Below are positions 1 through 10,596 of a stretch of 64,000 bases of DNA, in pieces. Made by a program: the position numbers and the translations under genes. The stretch's first letter is position 1, and each line of letters begins with the position of its first letter. The stretch comes from Vicinamibacterales bacterium (lineage in GTDB: Bacteria > Acidobacteriota > Vicinamibacteria > Vicinamibacterales > JAMQPK01), in the NCBI GenBank assembly GCA_963825295.1, contig CAWGSZ010000009.1:24188-88187 (forward strand). The letters run 5' to 3'. The notes below the pieces were generated by a model. That model saw only the letters and a program-made list of their open reading frames with translations, had not been told where the DNA came from and did no database searches.

Positions 1-1053
1 CCCAGAAGTCTGTCACCTCGAGGCCCAGGACGACGTCCGCTGTGGCGATGACGGCGTTCGCCCGCTCCGACTGATTGAGAGGGTGGAGCGAGGGGAAGTT
101 CATCCGTCCGCCCTTGTCGATGACGGCAGCCTGCAGCGTCTCCGCCAGCTCCACGAGCAGCGGCATCGCGGCCGGCGTCCGCGCGAGCCGATCGGCGACC
201 AGCACGGGATTTTCGGCGGCGACCAGCAGCCGCGCCAGCTCCGCCACAGCGGCCGCGTCGCCTTGAGGAGCCGTCGGCATCGTGAGCTTCGGAATCGAGA
301 GCTGGCCGCGGTCCTTGATGCCGTCCTCTTGAAGCGGGCCGTCGGCGACGATCACCACCGGCGCCATCGGCGGCGTCATGCCGATCCGGTACGCGCGCAC
401 CGCCGACTCGGCGAAGTGGCCGAGCGACCACGGCGTGTCGTCCCATTTCGTGTAGTCGCGAACCATGGCGGCGACGTCTTGCGCGCCGTGGTACCACTCG
501 GCTCCGCGACGGGTCGCGGCATCGGCGTAGTTGCCCAGGATGATGTACACGGGCACGCGGTCGCACCACGCGTTGTAGATCGCCATCGCCGCGTGCTGCA
601 GGCCGACCGTGCCGTGCGCCATCACGGCCAGCGGCTTGCCTTCAACTTTGAAGTAGCCGTGGCCCATGGCCACAGACGACTCTTCGTGACAGCAGGTGAT
701 GAGCTCGGGCTTCTGATTGCCGCCGTAGTTGATGACCGATTCGTGGAGACCGCGAAAGCTCGAACCGGGATTGGCGCAGATGTACTCGAACCCGAGCGAC
801 TTGATGACGTCCACCATGAAGTCGGACCCGGCGCTGTCTGTCGTGAGCCCGTCGTCTTCAGCGGCGGCGTCGCTTCGGCCGCCGCGGTCATGACGGGCGT
901 GGCTGGTGGGCGCGCGGTCTCGGGTGGCGTCGCTTGCTGAGCGCCGACGACATCAGCGGGGGCCATGAGCGTGGCCGCGCCCACCATCGCGCCGCTTTGC
1001 AGAAACTTCCGCCGCTCGATGGATGTCGTTTTGGGTAGCTTCGATCGCGCCAC
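1..1053 (-). CDS. Thiamine-pyrophosphate-dependent enzyme (acetolactate-synthase-like superfamily) with N-terminal twin-arginine (Tat) signal; C-terminus lies beyond position 1; one frame disruption near 856-860
   Basis: GTG at 1053 opens MARSKLPKTTSIERRKFLQSGAMVGAATLMAP (RRxFL Tat motif plus hydrophobic stretch). About 65 codons later the sensible reading moves to the adjacent frame: DDGLTTDSAGSDFMVDVIKSLGFEYICANPGSSFRGLHESVINYGG..CCHEESSVAMGHGY..HGTVGLQHAAMAIYNAWCDRVPVYIILGN. This is a typical TPP-enzyme N-terminal domain, and the frame stays open to the window edge. The 83..940 (+) track ORF is its antisense artefact. Confidence 0.75.
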
Positions 1054-1156
1054 GGCGCCACCTCTATCTTTCGGATGTCAGATGGTTGGAAACAGTAAGT
1101 AAGGATAGTTCCGCAGTCAATAGAGTGGGATGTATCATCCACGCGGAGGAGATGCC

Positions 1157-2683
1157 ATGAAGCTGGTGAGGATCACATTGTCGGCGGTGTGCGTAACCCT
1201 CTGGGTTTCGATCGAGGCGCTGACGGCCGCCGGCTCGTGCGAGAGCCTGTCGGCGTTGACAGCTGCCCAACACGACAATCACGATGGCGCAGTCGGTTGC
1301 TTCGGGCGGATTCTCGCCGCCGGCAGCCGGTGGCGGAGGACAGGCATTCAGCGGGCTGCCCGCATTCTGCCGCGTGGCCGCAACGATCAAGCCGACGTCC
1401 GATTCCGACATCAAAGTTGAAGTGTGGCTCCCCGCGTCCGGGTGGAACGGGAAGTACCAGGCGGTTGGAAACGGCGGGTGGGCCGGTTCAATCGGGTATG
1501 CCGCGATGGCTCGAGCCCTCCGCGACGGGTACGCGACGAGCTCCACCGACACAGGACACACCGGCAGGTCAGCGAGCTTTGCCCTCGGCCATCCCGAGAA
1601 ACTGATCGACTACGCCTATCGGTCTGTGCACGAGATGACCGTGAAGAGCAAGGCGATCGTCAACGCCTTCTACGGCACGGATGTGAAGCGCTCGGTACTT
1701 CAACGGGTGCTCGACCGGCGGACGGCAGGCCCTCGTCGCGGCACAGCGATTCCCGAACGACTTCGACGGCATCGTCGCCGGCGCCGCCGCCAATCCGAAG
1801 ACCCACCTCGACGCCTGGCGCGTCTGGATGACGCAGGCGATGTTGAAGGATCAGGCGAGCTTCATCCCGCCGGAAAAGCATCGCGTCATCCATCAGGCGG
1901 TGCTCGATGCGTGCGACACGCTCGACGGTGTCAAGGATGGACTCATCGAGAATCCGACGCGCTGCCGCTTCGACCCGGCCGTGCTCGCGTGCCGCGGCGC
2001 CGACGGTCCGAATTGCCTGACTGCCGCGCAACTGGAAGCCGCCAAGGTCGTCATGAGCCCGGTGAAGAATCGTCGCACCGGCGAGATGATCTTCCCCGGC
2101 TTCGAGCCGGGCACCGAGCTCGGGTGGACGCGCATGCTCGGCGGTCCGGACCCGTACGTGAATGCTCTGGAATCGTTCAAGTACGTCATCTTCAAGGATC
2201 CGAATTGGAACTGGCGGACGTTCGATCTCGAGCGGGATCTCGCGATTGCCGAAAAGGCTGGTCACGGCACGCTGTCGGCCGTCGATCCGAACCTGACGGC
2301 ATTCACCGCAGCGTGGCGGCAAGCTCCTCATGTATCACGGCTGGAGCGATCCGAGCATCGCGCCGCAGGCGAGCGTCAACTTCTACACGAGCGCGCTCGG
2401 TGCGACAAAGGCTCCCGCCAGCGGGTCCACTTGGTTGCGTCTCTACATGGTGCCGGGGATGGGCCACTGCGGCGGCGGGGAAGGGCCGGACACGTTCGAC
2501 ATGATGAGCGCGCTCGATTCCTGGGTCGAGAAGGGGCAGCTGCCGCAGCGGATCGAAGCGTCGAAGATCACCGCGGGGAAGGTGACCCGTACGCGTCCGC
2601 TCTGTCCGTATCCGCAGGTCGCACGCTACAAGGGCACGGGGAGCATCGACGAAGCGGCGAACTTCGCGTGCGTCGCGCCGTGA
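1157..2683 (+). CDS. Tannase/feruloyl-esterase-family alpha/beta hydrolase, secreted; three frame disruptions (near 1259, 1694, 2314)
   Basis: ATG 1157 follows GGAGGAG. Signal peptide is MKLVRITLSAVCVTLWVSIEALTAAGSC. Family motifs LPNTTIT, LPAFCRV, EVWLPASGWNGKYQAVGNGGWAG, STDTGH, YFNGCSTGGRQAL (nucleophile elbow), DFDGIVAGA, LLMYHGWSDP and PGMGHCGGG are spread over the four track ORFs 1130.., 1284.., 1828.. and 2330.. in different frames. Confidence 0.85.
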
Positions 2684-2684
2684 T

Positions 2685-3689
2685 CTGATCCTGGCCTCAT
2701 CTTCGACTCGTTCGCTCGATCGGAGTGTCGCGCTGATCGTCAGCGCTGTTGCGGCGCCCGCTGCGGCACAACCCGTCTATCAGCACCTCCGGATTATCGC
2801 GCCCGCGGCTCCGGGCGGAGGATGGGATCAGACTGCCCGCGTCATGCAGCAGGTACTGCAGCGCGCCGGCATCGTTCACACCTCATCTGTTGAAAATATT
2901 CCCGGCGCGGCAGGCACGATCGGCCTCGCGCGGTTCATCGGCGCCGAGCGTGGGAACGGCGACGTCGTGATGGTCTCGGGTCTGATCATGCTCGGCGCCA
3001 TCGTCACGCACGCATCACCGGTGACGCTCCGCGAGGTCACGCCCATTGCGCGGCTGACAGGCGAATACGAAGTCATCGTGGTTCCTGCGGCGTCACCGTT
3101 CCGATCGCTCGACGATCTCGTTCGAGCGTTCCGGGAACGGCCCGAGTCGATTTCGTGGGGAGGCGGATCGGCGGGTGGGACCGATCAGATGCTGGCCGGA
3201 CTCGTCGCCGACGCCGTCGGCGTGTCGCCGCGGCGCGTCAACTACATCGCATTCTCTGGTGGTGGCGAATCGATGTCTGCGATTCTCGGCGGACAGGTGT
3301 CGGCGGGCATCAACGGCCTGGCAGAGTTCGCTCCGCAGATTGCCGCGGGCACCGTGCGCGCGCTCGGCATCTCGAGCGCCGAGCGGTTGCCCGGCGTTGC
3401 GATCCCGACGCTCCGTGAGCAGGGTGTCGACGTCGAGCTCGAGAACTGGCGCTCGCTCGTTGCGCCGCCCGGTATCAGTTCTGTCGATCGGGAGCGTCTC
3501 GAGCGGGCCGTCGAGACCATGGTGCGGTCGGCCGAATGGCGTCAGGAGCTCGAGCGCTATCGCTGGATCGATCGCTATCTGGCCGGCGACGAGTTCACCC
3601 GATTCGCTCAATCTGAAGACCAGCGCGTGCGCGCGATCCTGACCAAACTCGGGTTGGGAACGGGTGAAACGACACCACGCACCGCCGGT
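2685..3689 (+). CDS. tctC: Tripartite tricarboxylate transporter substrate-binding protein (TctC/Bug family); start codon uncertain; no stop before tctB
   Basis: In-frame translation gives SSTRSLDRSVALIVSAVAAPAAAQP (signal-like), then RIIAPAAPGGGWDQTARVMQQVLQ..ENIPGAAGTIG..SWGGGSAGGTDQMLAG..NYIAFSGGGES, which is Bug-family architecture. No ATG/GTG/TTG lies upstream of the signal region in frame, so CTG 2685/2691 or ATC 2688 are the only candidates. The frame runs on into tctB without a stop. Confidence 0.7.
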
Positions 3690-4085
3690 ATGTATCCCCT
3701 GCTGGTGCTCGCTGGTGTGGTGTTCTGGGTCGGCGCAGCGGTGCTGGAGACTGTTCGAGCCCGTGCGGCATCACGGCGGAACGCCGACGATGGACCACCT
3801 CGCGCGCGCGCTACGGTGGGCAAGCGATCGACGATGGACGCTGGACGATGGCGACCGGCCGCATTGATGGCTGCGGGAATGGCTCTCGACCTGGCGCTGA
3901 TGGAGCAGGCCGGATTCGTGCTGGCGTCTGCAGCGCTCTTCTGGCTGACGGCACGGGCTTTCGACCGTCAGCACCCTGGACGCGATGCGCTGTTCGCGCT
4001 TGCGGTCTCGACCGGCGCATATCTCCTGTTTGTTCGCGTGCTCAACGTGACGCTGCCGGCAGGCGTCATCGCGCGCTGGCTCTGA
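3690..4085 (+). CDS. tctB: Tripartite tricarboxylate transporter small membrane subunit (TctB-like)
   Basis: ATG 3690 opens [71 protein letters not shown], about 130 aa with four hydrophobic helices. Its position between tctC and tctA and the adjacent tctA start (stop 4083-4085, tctA start codon at 4086) fit the canonical tctCBA order. Confidence 0.65.
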   Translation: MYPLLVLAGVVFWVGAAVLETVRARAASRRNADDGPPRARATVGKRSTMDAGRWRPAALMAAGMALDLALMEQAGFVLASAALFWLTARAFDRQHPGRDALFALAVSTGAYLLFVRVLNVTLPAGVIARWL

Positions 4086-5583
4086 GTGGACACACTGCAC
4101 GCGCTCAGCCAGGGGTTTGCCAGCGCGCTCACACTGCCACACCTCGGGTGGGCGTTGGCGGGCGTCACGCTTGGTACTGCGGTCGGCGTGCTTCCAGGCA
4201 TTGGCCCTGCGCTGACGGTTGCGCTGCTCCTCCCCGCGACATTCACGCTCGAACCCACGAGCGCGTTCATCATGTTCGCCGGCATCTACTACGGCGCGAT
4301 GTACGGCGGGTCGACGACCAGCATCCTGCTGAACACGCCGGGCGAGACGGCGTCGATCGTCACCGCCATCGACGGACACATGATGGCGCGCCAGGGCCGC
4401 GGGGCGGCGGCGCTGACGACCGCGGCCATCGGATCGTTCGTGGCGGGCACGCTCGCCACGCTCGCGCTGGCGTTTTTCGCACCGCCGCTGGCGTCGTTCG
4501 CGCTGCGCTTCGGTCCGGCCGAATACTTCGCGCTGGCGGTCGTTGCGTTCACCACTGTCTCGGTGCTGCTCGGCTCGTCGATCGCCCGGGGGCTCGTCAG
4601 CCTCTTCCTGGGCCTGGCGCTGGGATTGGTCGGCATCGACCAACTGACGGGCGAGGCGCGGTTCTCGTTCGGGATCTCGCAACTGCTCGACGGCATCGAT
4701 GTCGTCATCTTCGTCATCGGATTGTTTGCGGTGGGGGAGACGCTGTTTCAGGCCTGGCGTCATGGCCGCGATGAAATGGAGGTCGTCACGCTGCACGACT
4801 TCACGGGCATGAGCGCGCGACGACTGGAAGCGATCGTGGAAGCCCTGGCTGCGGGGAACGGCCATCGGATTCCCATTGGGCGTGCTGCCATGCGGTGGCT
4901 CGGTGATCCCGACGTTCCTTTCGTATATGGTCGAGAAGCGGCTGAGCCGCGAGCCCGAACGATTCGGGCACGGCGCCATCGAAGGCGTGGCCGGCCCGGA
5001 GGCCGCCAACAACGCGGCGGCCGCGGGCGTGCTGGTGCCGCTGCTCACGCTCGGTCTGCCCTCGTCGGCGACGGCGGCGATCATGCTCGCGGCATTTCAG
5101 CAGTACGGCCTGCAGCCGGGTCCGCTGCTGTTCGCCTCGCGGCCAGACCTCGTCTGGACGCTGGTCGCGAGCCTGTTCATCGGCAACGTGATGCTGCTCG
5201 TCCTGAACCTGCCGCTCGCCGGTGTGTGGGCGCGCGTCATGCTGGTGCCCAGGCGGCTGCTCTTTGGCGTCATCCTCGTGCTGGCGTCGCTCGGGGCGTA
5301 CAGCCTCAACCGATCGGTGCTCGATCTGGCCGTGTTGTACGCGATCGGTATCGTTGGCTGCGCGATGCGCGCGAACGACGTCCCGATGGCACCAGCGGTG
5401 ATCGGCCTGATTCTCGGGCCGATGGCCGAGCAGCAGTTCCGGCGAGCCTTGGCGATCAGCGAAGGCGATCTCTCGGTCTTCGTCACGCGGCCGATCAGTG
5501 CCGCCCTCCTCGTTGTAGCCGTCGCGGTGCTTGCGGCGCCTCGCATTCTCGATCGATGGATGCCGCCGCGCGGCGAGGCGTAG
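4086..5583 (+). CDS. tctA: Tripartite tricarboxylate transporter large permease (TctA family); one frame disruption at 4813-4824
   Basis: The N-terminal half comes from ORF 4086.. ([48 protein letters not shown]). The C-terminal half comes from ORF 4876..5583 ([46 protein letters not shown]). Joining them needs a 1-nt correction inside GCGCGCGACGAC. The 973-aa track ORF 4086..7007 is an out-of-frame read-through. Confidence 0.85.
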
Positions 5584-5603
5584 ACCCCTTACAATGGGCG
5601 TCC

Positions 5604-7007
5604 GTGCCCTCCGGTGACGACCAGGATATCTACGACGTCGCGGTGCTTGGCGGCGGCAACGCGGGCCTCTGCGCCGCGCTGACCGCACGCGAAGCTGGCG
5701 CCCGCGTCATTGTCGTGGAGAGCGCGCCCCGGCACTTCCGCGGCGGAAACAGTCGCCACACGCGGAACCTCCGGTGCATGCACGCGACACCCAGTCAACT
5801 GCTGGCCGAGTCGTACTCTGAAGACGAGTTTGTCTCCGACCTGCTCCGCGCGAGCGGACCTGAGACCGACGAAGCGCTGGCGCGGCTGGTCATTCGCGGA
5901 TCGGCGGGCTGTCCTGAGTGGATGCGGCGATTCGGTGTCCGGTTTCAATCGCCCCTGCGGGGCACGCTGCATCTGGCGCGCACCAACGCGTTCTTTCTGG
6001 GCGGCGGGAAGGCGCTCATGAACAGCTACTACGCCGCCGCGGAGCGTGTCGGGATTCGGATCGTGTACGACGCCGAGGTCATTGGCCTCGATCTGCTCGA
6101 TGGGCAGTTTCGCGGTGCGACCGTGCAGACCGGTGGCCGCGACCGGACGATCCGCGCCAGGGCCGCGGTGATGGCAACAGGCGGGTTCGAGTCGAATCTC
6201 GACTGGCTGCGCGAGATCTGGGGTGACGCGGCGGCCAACTTCATCATCCGCGGAACACCGTACAACAAGGGCAGGCTCCTCAGGCTGATGCTCGACGCCG
6301 GCGCGCAGCCGGTCGGCGACGCGCGGGACTGTCACGCTGTCGCCGTCGATGCACGCGCGCCGAAGTTCGACGGCGGTATCGTGACGCGCCTCGACTGCCT
6401 CTCGCTCGGCATCGTCGTCAACAAACATGCCGAACGATTCTCAGACGAGGGCGAGGACTTCTGGCCGAAGCGCTACGCCGTCTGGGGCACGCTCGTCGCC
6501 CGGCAGCCAGACCAGATTGCGTTTTCGATCGTTGATGCCAAGGCAGCCGGCCAATTCATACCGTCGGTGTTTCCGCCGAAGGCCGCGAACTCCATCAGAG
6601 AGCTGGCGACGGAGCTGAACCTGTCGCCCGAGAAGCTCGAGGCGACAGTTGACGCCTTCAATCGGGCGGTGCGCCCCGGATCGTTCAACCACGCGTCCCT
6701 CGACGACTGCCGGACCGTCGGTGTCAGCCCCGAGAAAACGCACTGGGCGCAGCGCATCGATACGCCTCCGTACTGGGGCTATCCGCTCCGCCCTGGGATC
6801 ACGTTCACCTATCTTGGTTTGAAGGTGAACGAGCGCGCGCAAGTGCTGATGACCGGAGGAGAACCCGCATTCAACATCTGTGCGGCCGGGGAAATCATGG
6901 CGGGGAACATTCTTCGAAAGGGGTACGTCGCCGGTGTTGGCATGACCATCGGCACTGTGTTCGGCCGCATCGCCGGCGGGGAGGCCGCGCGGCATGCCGC
7001 ACGCTGA
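5604..7007 (+). CDS. tcuA: FAD-dependent tricarballylate dehydrogenase
   Basis: GTG 5604, then [32 protein letters not shown] (Rossmann FAD motif). Further motifs: [101 protein letters not shown]. As I recall the Salmonella TcuA sequence, this is colinear with it. Confidence 0.9.
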   Translation: MPSGDDQDIYDVAVLGGGNAGLCAALTAREAGARVIVVESAPRHFRGGNSRHTRNLRCMHATPSQLLAESYSEDEFVSDLLRASGPETDEALARLVIRGSAGCPEWMRRFGVRFQSPLRGTLHLARTNAFFLGGGKALMNSYYAAAERVGIRIVYDAEVIGLDLLDGQFRGATVQTGGRDRTIRARAAVMATGGFESNLDWLREIWGDAAANFIIRGTPYNKGRLLRLMLDAGAQPVGDARDCHAVAVDARAPKFDGGIVTRLDCLSLGIVVNKHAERFSDEGEDFWPKRYAVWGTLVARQPDQIAFSIVDAKAAGQFIPSVFPPKAANSIRELATELNLSPEKLEATVDAFNRAVRPGSFNHASLDDCRTVGVSPEKTHWAQRIDTPPYWGYPLRPGITFTYLGLKVNERAQVLMTGGEPAFNICAAGEIMAGNILRKGYVAGVGMTIGTVFGRIAGGEAARHAAR

Positions 7008-8088
7008 CCCGGTCGCACACGGCGCGCACGTGATGACCGTTTGTAACGCGTGCCGCTACTGCGAGCAATTCTGTCCGGTGTTTCCGGCGATGGAAAGCCG
7101 CCTGACGTTTGCGGAAGCGGATCTCGCGTATCTCGCCAACCTGTGTCACAACTGCGGCGAGTGTCTCTACGCCTGCCAGTATGCGCCGCCGCACGAGTTC
7201 GGTATCAACGTGCCGAGGGCGATGGCGGAGATTCGCGCGCAGTCGTACGAGGCCTATTGCTGGCCGTCTTCCCTGTCGAGCGCCTTCAGGCATCACAACC
7301 TGATGACCGGTCTCGTTCTCGCAGCCGCGCTGAGTGCGGTCATGTTTGCCGCCGCCTTGATCGTCAACGGGGGCGTGTTGCCTCGACCCGTTGGCCCCGG
7401 CGACTTCTACGCCGTCCTTCCGCATGGCTTCATGGTCGGTCTGTTCGGCGCTGTCTTTCTGTTCGTCGTTGCGGCGATTGGAATCGGGGTCATCCGGTTC
7501 TGGCGGGATGTGCTGGGCGCGGCCGCACGGAGGGTGACCGCGGCCGACGCCGGCCGGGCGTTCGGCGATGTGCTGACGCTTCGGCACCTGCAGGGTGGCG
7601 GCGTTGATTGCACCTCGGACGAGGAGCAGCGCGCACCGCTGCGACGCTGGTTCCACCACTGCACGTTCTACGGATTCCTGCTGTGCTTTGCGTCAACGTC
7701 GGTGGCGGCCCTCTATCACACGTGGTTCGGGTGGCTGGCGCCCTATGCTTACGGTAGTCTTCCCGTTCTGCTCGGGATGGCAGGCGGCGCGGGACTACTT
7801 ATCGGGCCGGCCGGGCTCCTGATTCTGCGAGGGCAACGGGACCCCGCGCTCGCCGATCCCGGCCAGCGCGGCATGGACGAGTCGTTCATGGCGCTCTTGT
7901 TCCTCACCAGCCTGACCGGATTTCTGCTGCTGGCGCTTCGCGAGCAGGCGGTGATGAGCGCAGTTCTTGTGGTGCACCTCGGCGTCGTGCTCGCCCTCTT
8001 TCTGACCCTTCCGTATGGGAAGTTCGTACACGGCATCTATCGAGCCGCAGCGCTGATTCACTACGCGATGGAGAGCCGGCGCGCGTGA
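6994..8088 (+). CDS. tcuB: Tricarballylate utilization protein B (membrane Fe-S protein)
   Basis: ATG 6994 overlaps the tcuA stop (translational coupling). Two Cys clusters are present ([15 protein letters not shown] and [15 protein letters not shown]), followed by several transmembrane helices. This is the TcuB layout. Confidence 0.85.
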   Translation: MPHADPVAHGAHVMTVCNACRYCEQFCPVFPAMESRLTFAEADLAYLANLCHNCGECLYACQYAPPHEFGINVPRAMAEIRAQSYEAYCWPSSLSSAFRHHNLMTGLVLAAALSAVMFAAALIVNGGVLPRPVGPGDFYAVLPHGFMVGLFGAVFLFVVAAIGIGVIRFWRDVLGAAARRVTAADAGRAFGDVLTLRHLQGGGVDCTSDEEQRAPLRRWFHHCTFYGFLLCFASTSVAALYHTWFGWLAPYAYGSLPVLLGMAGGAGLLIGPAGLLILRGQRDPALADPGQRGMDESFMALLFLTSLTGFLLLALREQAVMSAVLVVHLGVVLALFLTLPYGKFVHGIYRAAALIHYAMESRRA

Positions 8089-8193
8089 ACTGAACGCGCT
8101 GCGGCGCTAATCGCGATAGAAACCGACACCGCTCGTCAGGAGTCTAAAGATTGGCGCTTGCCGGCACAGGGGGCGATGCCCCATAGTGTGCGC

Positions 8194-9150
8194 ATGCAGA
8201 AGCATTGTCTCGACCGCCGCGACTTCCTTATTCAGATGTCGGCCCTCGGCGCAGCCGTGCACGGGTTCGGTTCCGCCGCCCCGGCAGAGGCCCGGGCGGT
8301 CACCTACGATCCCGCGGCCAGGCTGGAGATCGCGGTCAGCGAAGTCGAGCTTCGCCGCAATCAGGCCGGACGGATGCTGATGGCCCGAATCTACCGACCG
8401 AATGGCGCAGGGCCGTTCCCGACCGTCCTCGATCTGCATGGCGGCGCCTGGAACGGCAAAGATCGCCGCGCGGAAGAACCGATGGATCGGGCGCTGGCCG
8501 CGAGCGGCGTCCTCGTCGTGGCGATCGACATGACGCTGGCGCCCGAGGCGCCCTACCCGGCGTGCGTGCAGGACGCCAACTACGCCGTGCGCTGGCTCAA
8601 GTCGAAGGCGGCATCCTGGAACGGCGACCCGTCGAAGATCGGCATCTACGGCAGCTCGAGCGGCGGCCACGTGGGCGAGCTCCTGGCGATGCGCCCCGGC
8701 GACGCGCGCTACAACGCGATTCCGCTGCCCGATGCGCCGAAGGTTGACGCGACAGTGGCGTACGTCGCGGCGCGTTCCCCGATCAGCGATCCGTTCGCAC
8801 GGTTCCAGAACGCAGAACGGCTGAAGCGCGAGCCCATGATCGCCAACCACACGACGTTCTTCAAACCGTGGGAGACGATCCACGAGAGCAATCCGCAGGA
8901 AATGCTCGAGCGCCGCGAGAAGGTGACGCTCGTGCCGATGCTCATCATGCAGGGAGCGCTCGACGACAACATGCTCCCGGCCATTCAAGAGAAGTTCGCG
9001 AAGACCTACAAGGCGGCCGGCGGTCAGTGCGACTACCAGCTCTTCGAGGGCAGTCCGCACGAATGGGTGGCCCAGCCAGGGCCGCAGACAGACCGTGCGC
9101 GCGATATGGTCAAGGCGTTTATCGCGCGGCAGATGAACGTCGCGCGATAA
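8194..9150 (+). CDS. Tat-exported alpha/beta hydrolase (HGG-type carboxylesterase/lipase fold)
   Basis: MQKHCLDRRDFLIQMSALGAAVHG is a Tat motif. Also present: an oxyanion HGGAW motif, the nucleophile elbow GSSSGG, and a C-terminal GSPHEW (His). Upstream alternative starts exist at 8158 and 8176. Confidence 0.8.
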   Translation: MQKHCLDRRDFLIQMSALGAAVHGFGSAAPAEARAVTYDPAARLEIAVSEVELRRNQAGRMLMARIYRPNGAGPFPTVLDLHGGAWNGKDRRAEEPMDRALAASGVLVVAIDMTLAPEAPYPACVQDANYAVRWLKSKAASWNGDPSKIGIYGSSSGGHVGELLAMRPGDARYNAIPLPDAPKVDATVAYVAARSPISDPFARFQNAERLKREPMIANHTTFFKPWETIHESNPQEMLERREKVTLVPMLIMQGALDDNMLPAIQEKFAKTYKAAGGQCDYQLFEGSPHEWVAQPGPQTDRARDMVKAFIARQMNVAR

Positions 9151-9397
9151 GCCACCTCAGCGGGCGATCGGAGCACTTGGGTTGGCATTGCTGCGGCGCG
9201 AATCCGTGCGCAGGCGGCCGAGGGGTGACAACTGACCGCGCGAGAAGCCCGAGGGCATCAAGCGAGGACAAATGGGCGGAAGAGGTGTCCTCGCGGCGTT
9301 GCGGCCCACGTCGGCATCGCAGCGCGCGTCCGGCCCCGGAGCTTCGGATTCGAGCGGCAGGAATGCCAGCCCAAGTGCGTCCCGCGGACGCTAGACG

Positions 9398-9451
9398 GTC
9401 CGGCTAAAGCCGGACACTACGTACTACGCCCTGGCTAAAGCCGGGCCCTAC
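9398..9451 (-). repeat. Two tandem REP-like hairpin elements (GTAG head + 5-6 bp stem + TTTA loop)
   Basis: The minus strand reads GTAGGGCCCGGCTTTAGCCAGGGC (9451..9428) and GTAGTGTCCGGCTTTAGCCGGAC (9420..9398). The second is identical to the plus-strand copy at 23734..23756. The site is intergenic between convergent genes. Confidence 0.7.
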
Positions 9452-9738
9452 TGGGACGGCGGAGGGGTAGGGACGTGGATTTCCTGCATCCACTCCTGAT
9501 ACTTCCGATTCGCGACGCTGCTTCTCGACGCGCGCAAACCCGCCAGCACTCGCCGCGCGATGCGGCGATCGGGCGAGTCCGCGTCATGGCGCGCGACGTC
9601 CAGGAGCGACGTCACGATCGGCTGCAGGCTCGCGAGCGCCGCGTCTGCCGCTTCCGGCCAGTTCAACTGCCGCACCAGCGAGTCGACTTCGTTCTGCACC
9701 CGCAGCTCACGCGCATCCTCGGCATCTTCCGCGTTCAT
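9448..9738 (-). CDS. Hypothetical small protein (96 aa), translationally coupled to the upstream esterase gene
   Basis: Its ATG overlaps the stop of 9735..10544 (ATGA). Third codon positions are GC-rich by eye, as in neighbouring genes. I recognise no family. Its TAG stop lies inside the GTAG head of a REP element. Confidence 0.5.
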   Translation of the reverse strand: MNAEDAEDARELRVQNEVDSLVRQLNWPEAADAALASLQPIVTSLLDVARHDADSPDRRIARRVLAGLRASRSSVANRKYQEWMQEIHVPTPPPSQ

Positions 9739-10544
9739 CGCGCGGCGACGTCCTGGCGCGCTTCGAGCGCGGCGGCCGACGCGACAACGGTTGCGACATC
9801 GCGGAGACCCTCGAAATCGGCGGCGACGTGCTTCAGCTCCCGCAGCTTCGACACGCCTTCAGGCTGCGCGTCGGCATGCGCCATTCGTTTCGAGAAGAGG
9901 CCGGCAACAAACGCGGCGTCCTGCGAGCGGAGGCCGCGCTTGATAGCCTGAATTTCCATCCACTCGACACCGCTGGTCGCTACCTCGACGGGCAGCCACG
10001 TGTGGCCGCCCTCGAAAATCTCGACACGATGCGGGCTCGTCATCAGCCGGTCGAGCGTGCGCATCTCGCGGTAGTTGAAGTCTTCCGTGCCGGCGCTGCC
10101 GAAGATGGGAAAGCGCTCGGCTCTGCGGAAGGCCGTCGAGTAGCCCGCGCTCGAGGCAAAGACCCCGGCGATCTCGGGTGAGTTCTGCGCGACCATGATC
10201 GCCACGCGTCCGCCTCCCGACATGCCGGCCGTGTACATCCGTTTGGGATCGATGGCAAAGCGCTGCCTGACGTCGGCGCTCATCGCCGCTGCCGCGTCGA
10301 GCCCCACATTCCATGGCCCGTTCCGCGAGTTGTTCGAGCCGGCCACGACGTAGCCGTACTGCTCGGCGGCATCGCGATAGCGCTCGACCCCCTCGCGGCC
10401 ACCGCCCCCGCCGTCGAAGGCAAAAATGACCGGCCACTGGCGTGACGAGGTGAAGTACGAGGGGAGGTAGAGCGCGTAGTGCTGGGACTCGTCCTGCTGG
10501 CACTTGACATCGTCGATGATCCTGCCGCTGGGCAAGGCCTGCAT
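9735..10544 (-). CDS. Alpha/beta hydrolase (esterase, PHB-depolymerase-like family)
   Basis: YALYLPSYF..WPVIFAFDGGGGG, nucleophile elbow GMSGGG, later EGGHTW. It is a complete ORF in the track. Confidence 0.7.
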   Translation of the reverse strand: MQALPSGRIIDDVKCQQDESQHYALYLPSYFTSSRQWPVIFAFDGGGGGREGVERYRDAAEQYGYVVAGSNNSRNGPWNVGLDAAAAMSADVRQRFAIDPKRMYTAGMSGGGRVAIMVAQNSPEIAGVFASSAGYSTAFRRAERFPIFGSAGTEDFNYREMRTLDRLMTSPHRVEIFEGGHTWLPVEVATSGVEWMEIQAIKRGLRSQDAAFVAGLFSKRMAHADAQPEGVSKLRELKHVAADFEGLRDVATVVASAAALEARQDVAAR

Positions 10545-10596
10545 GTCAGGACACTATGGTCCTGATTACACCGGGAGGCAAGCCGTTCCACTATAA

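Noticed and set aside
4086-7007. 973-aa ORF apparently fusing a TctA-like N-terminus to a TcuA dehydrogenase
   Set aside because: The middle ~270 residues are Arg/Ala/Gly-rich nonsense. The real tctA C-terminal half is in another frame (ORF 4876..5583) and ends with its own stop. tcuA has its own GTG start at 5604. The long ORF exists only because stop codons are rare in GC-rich off-frames.
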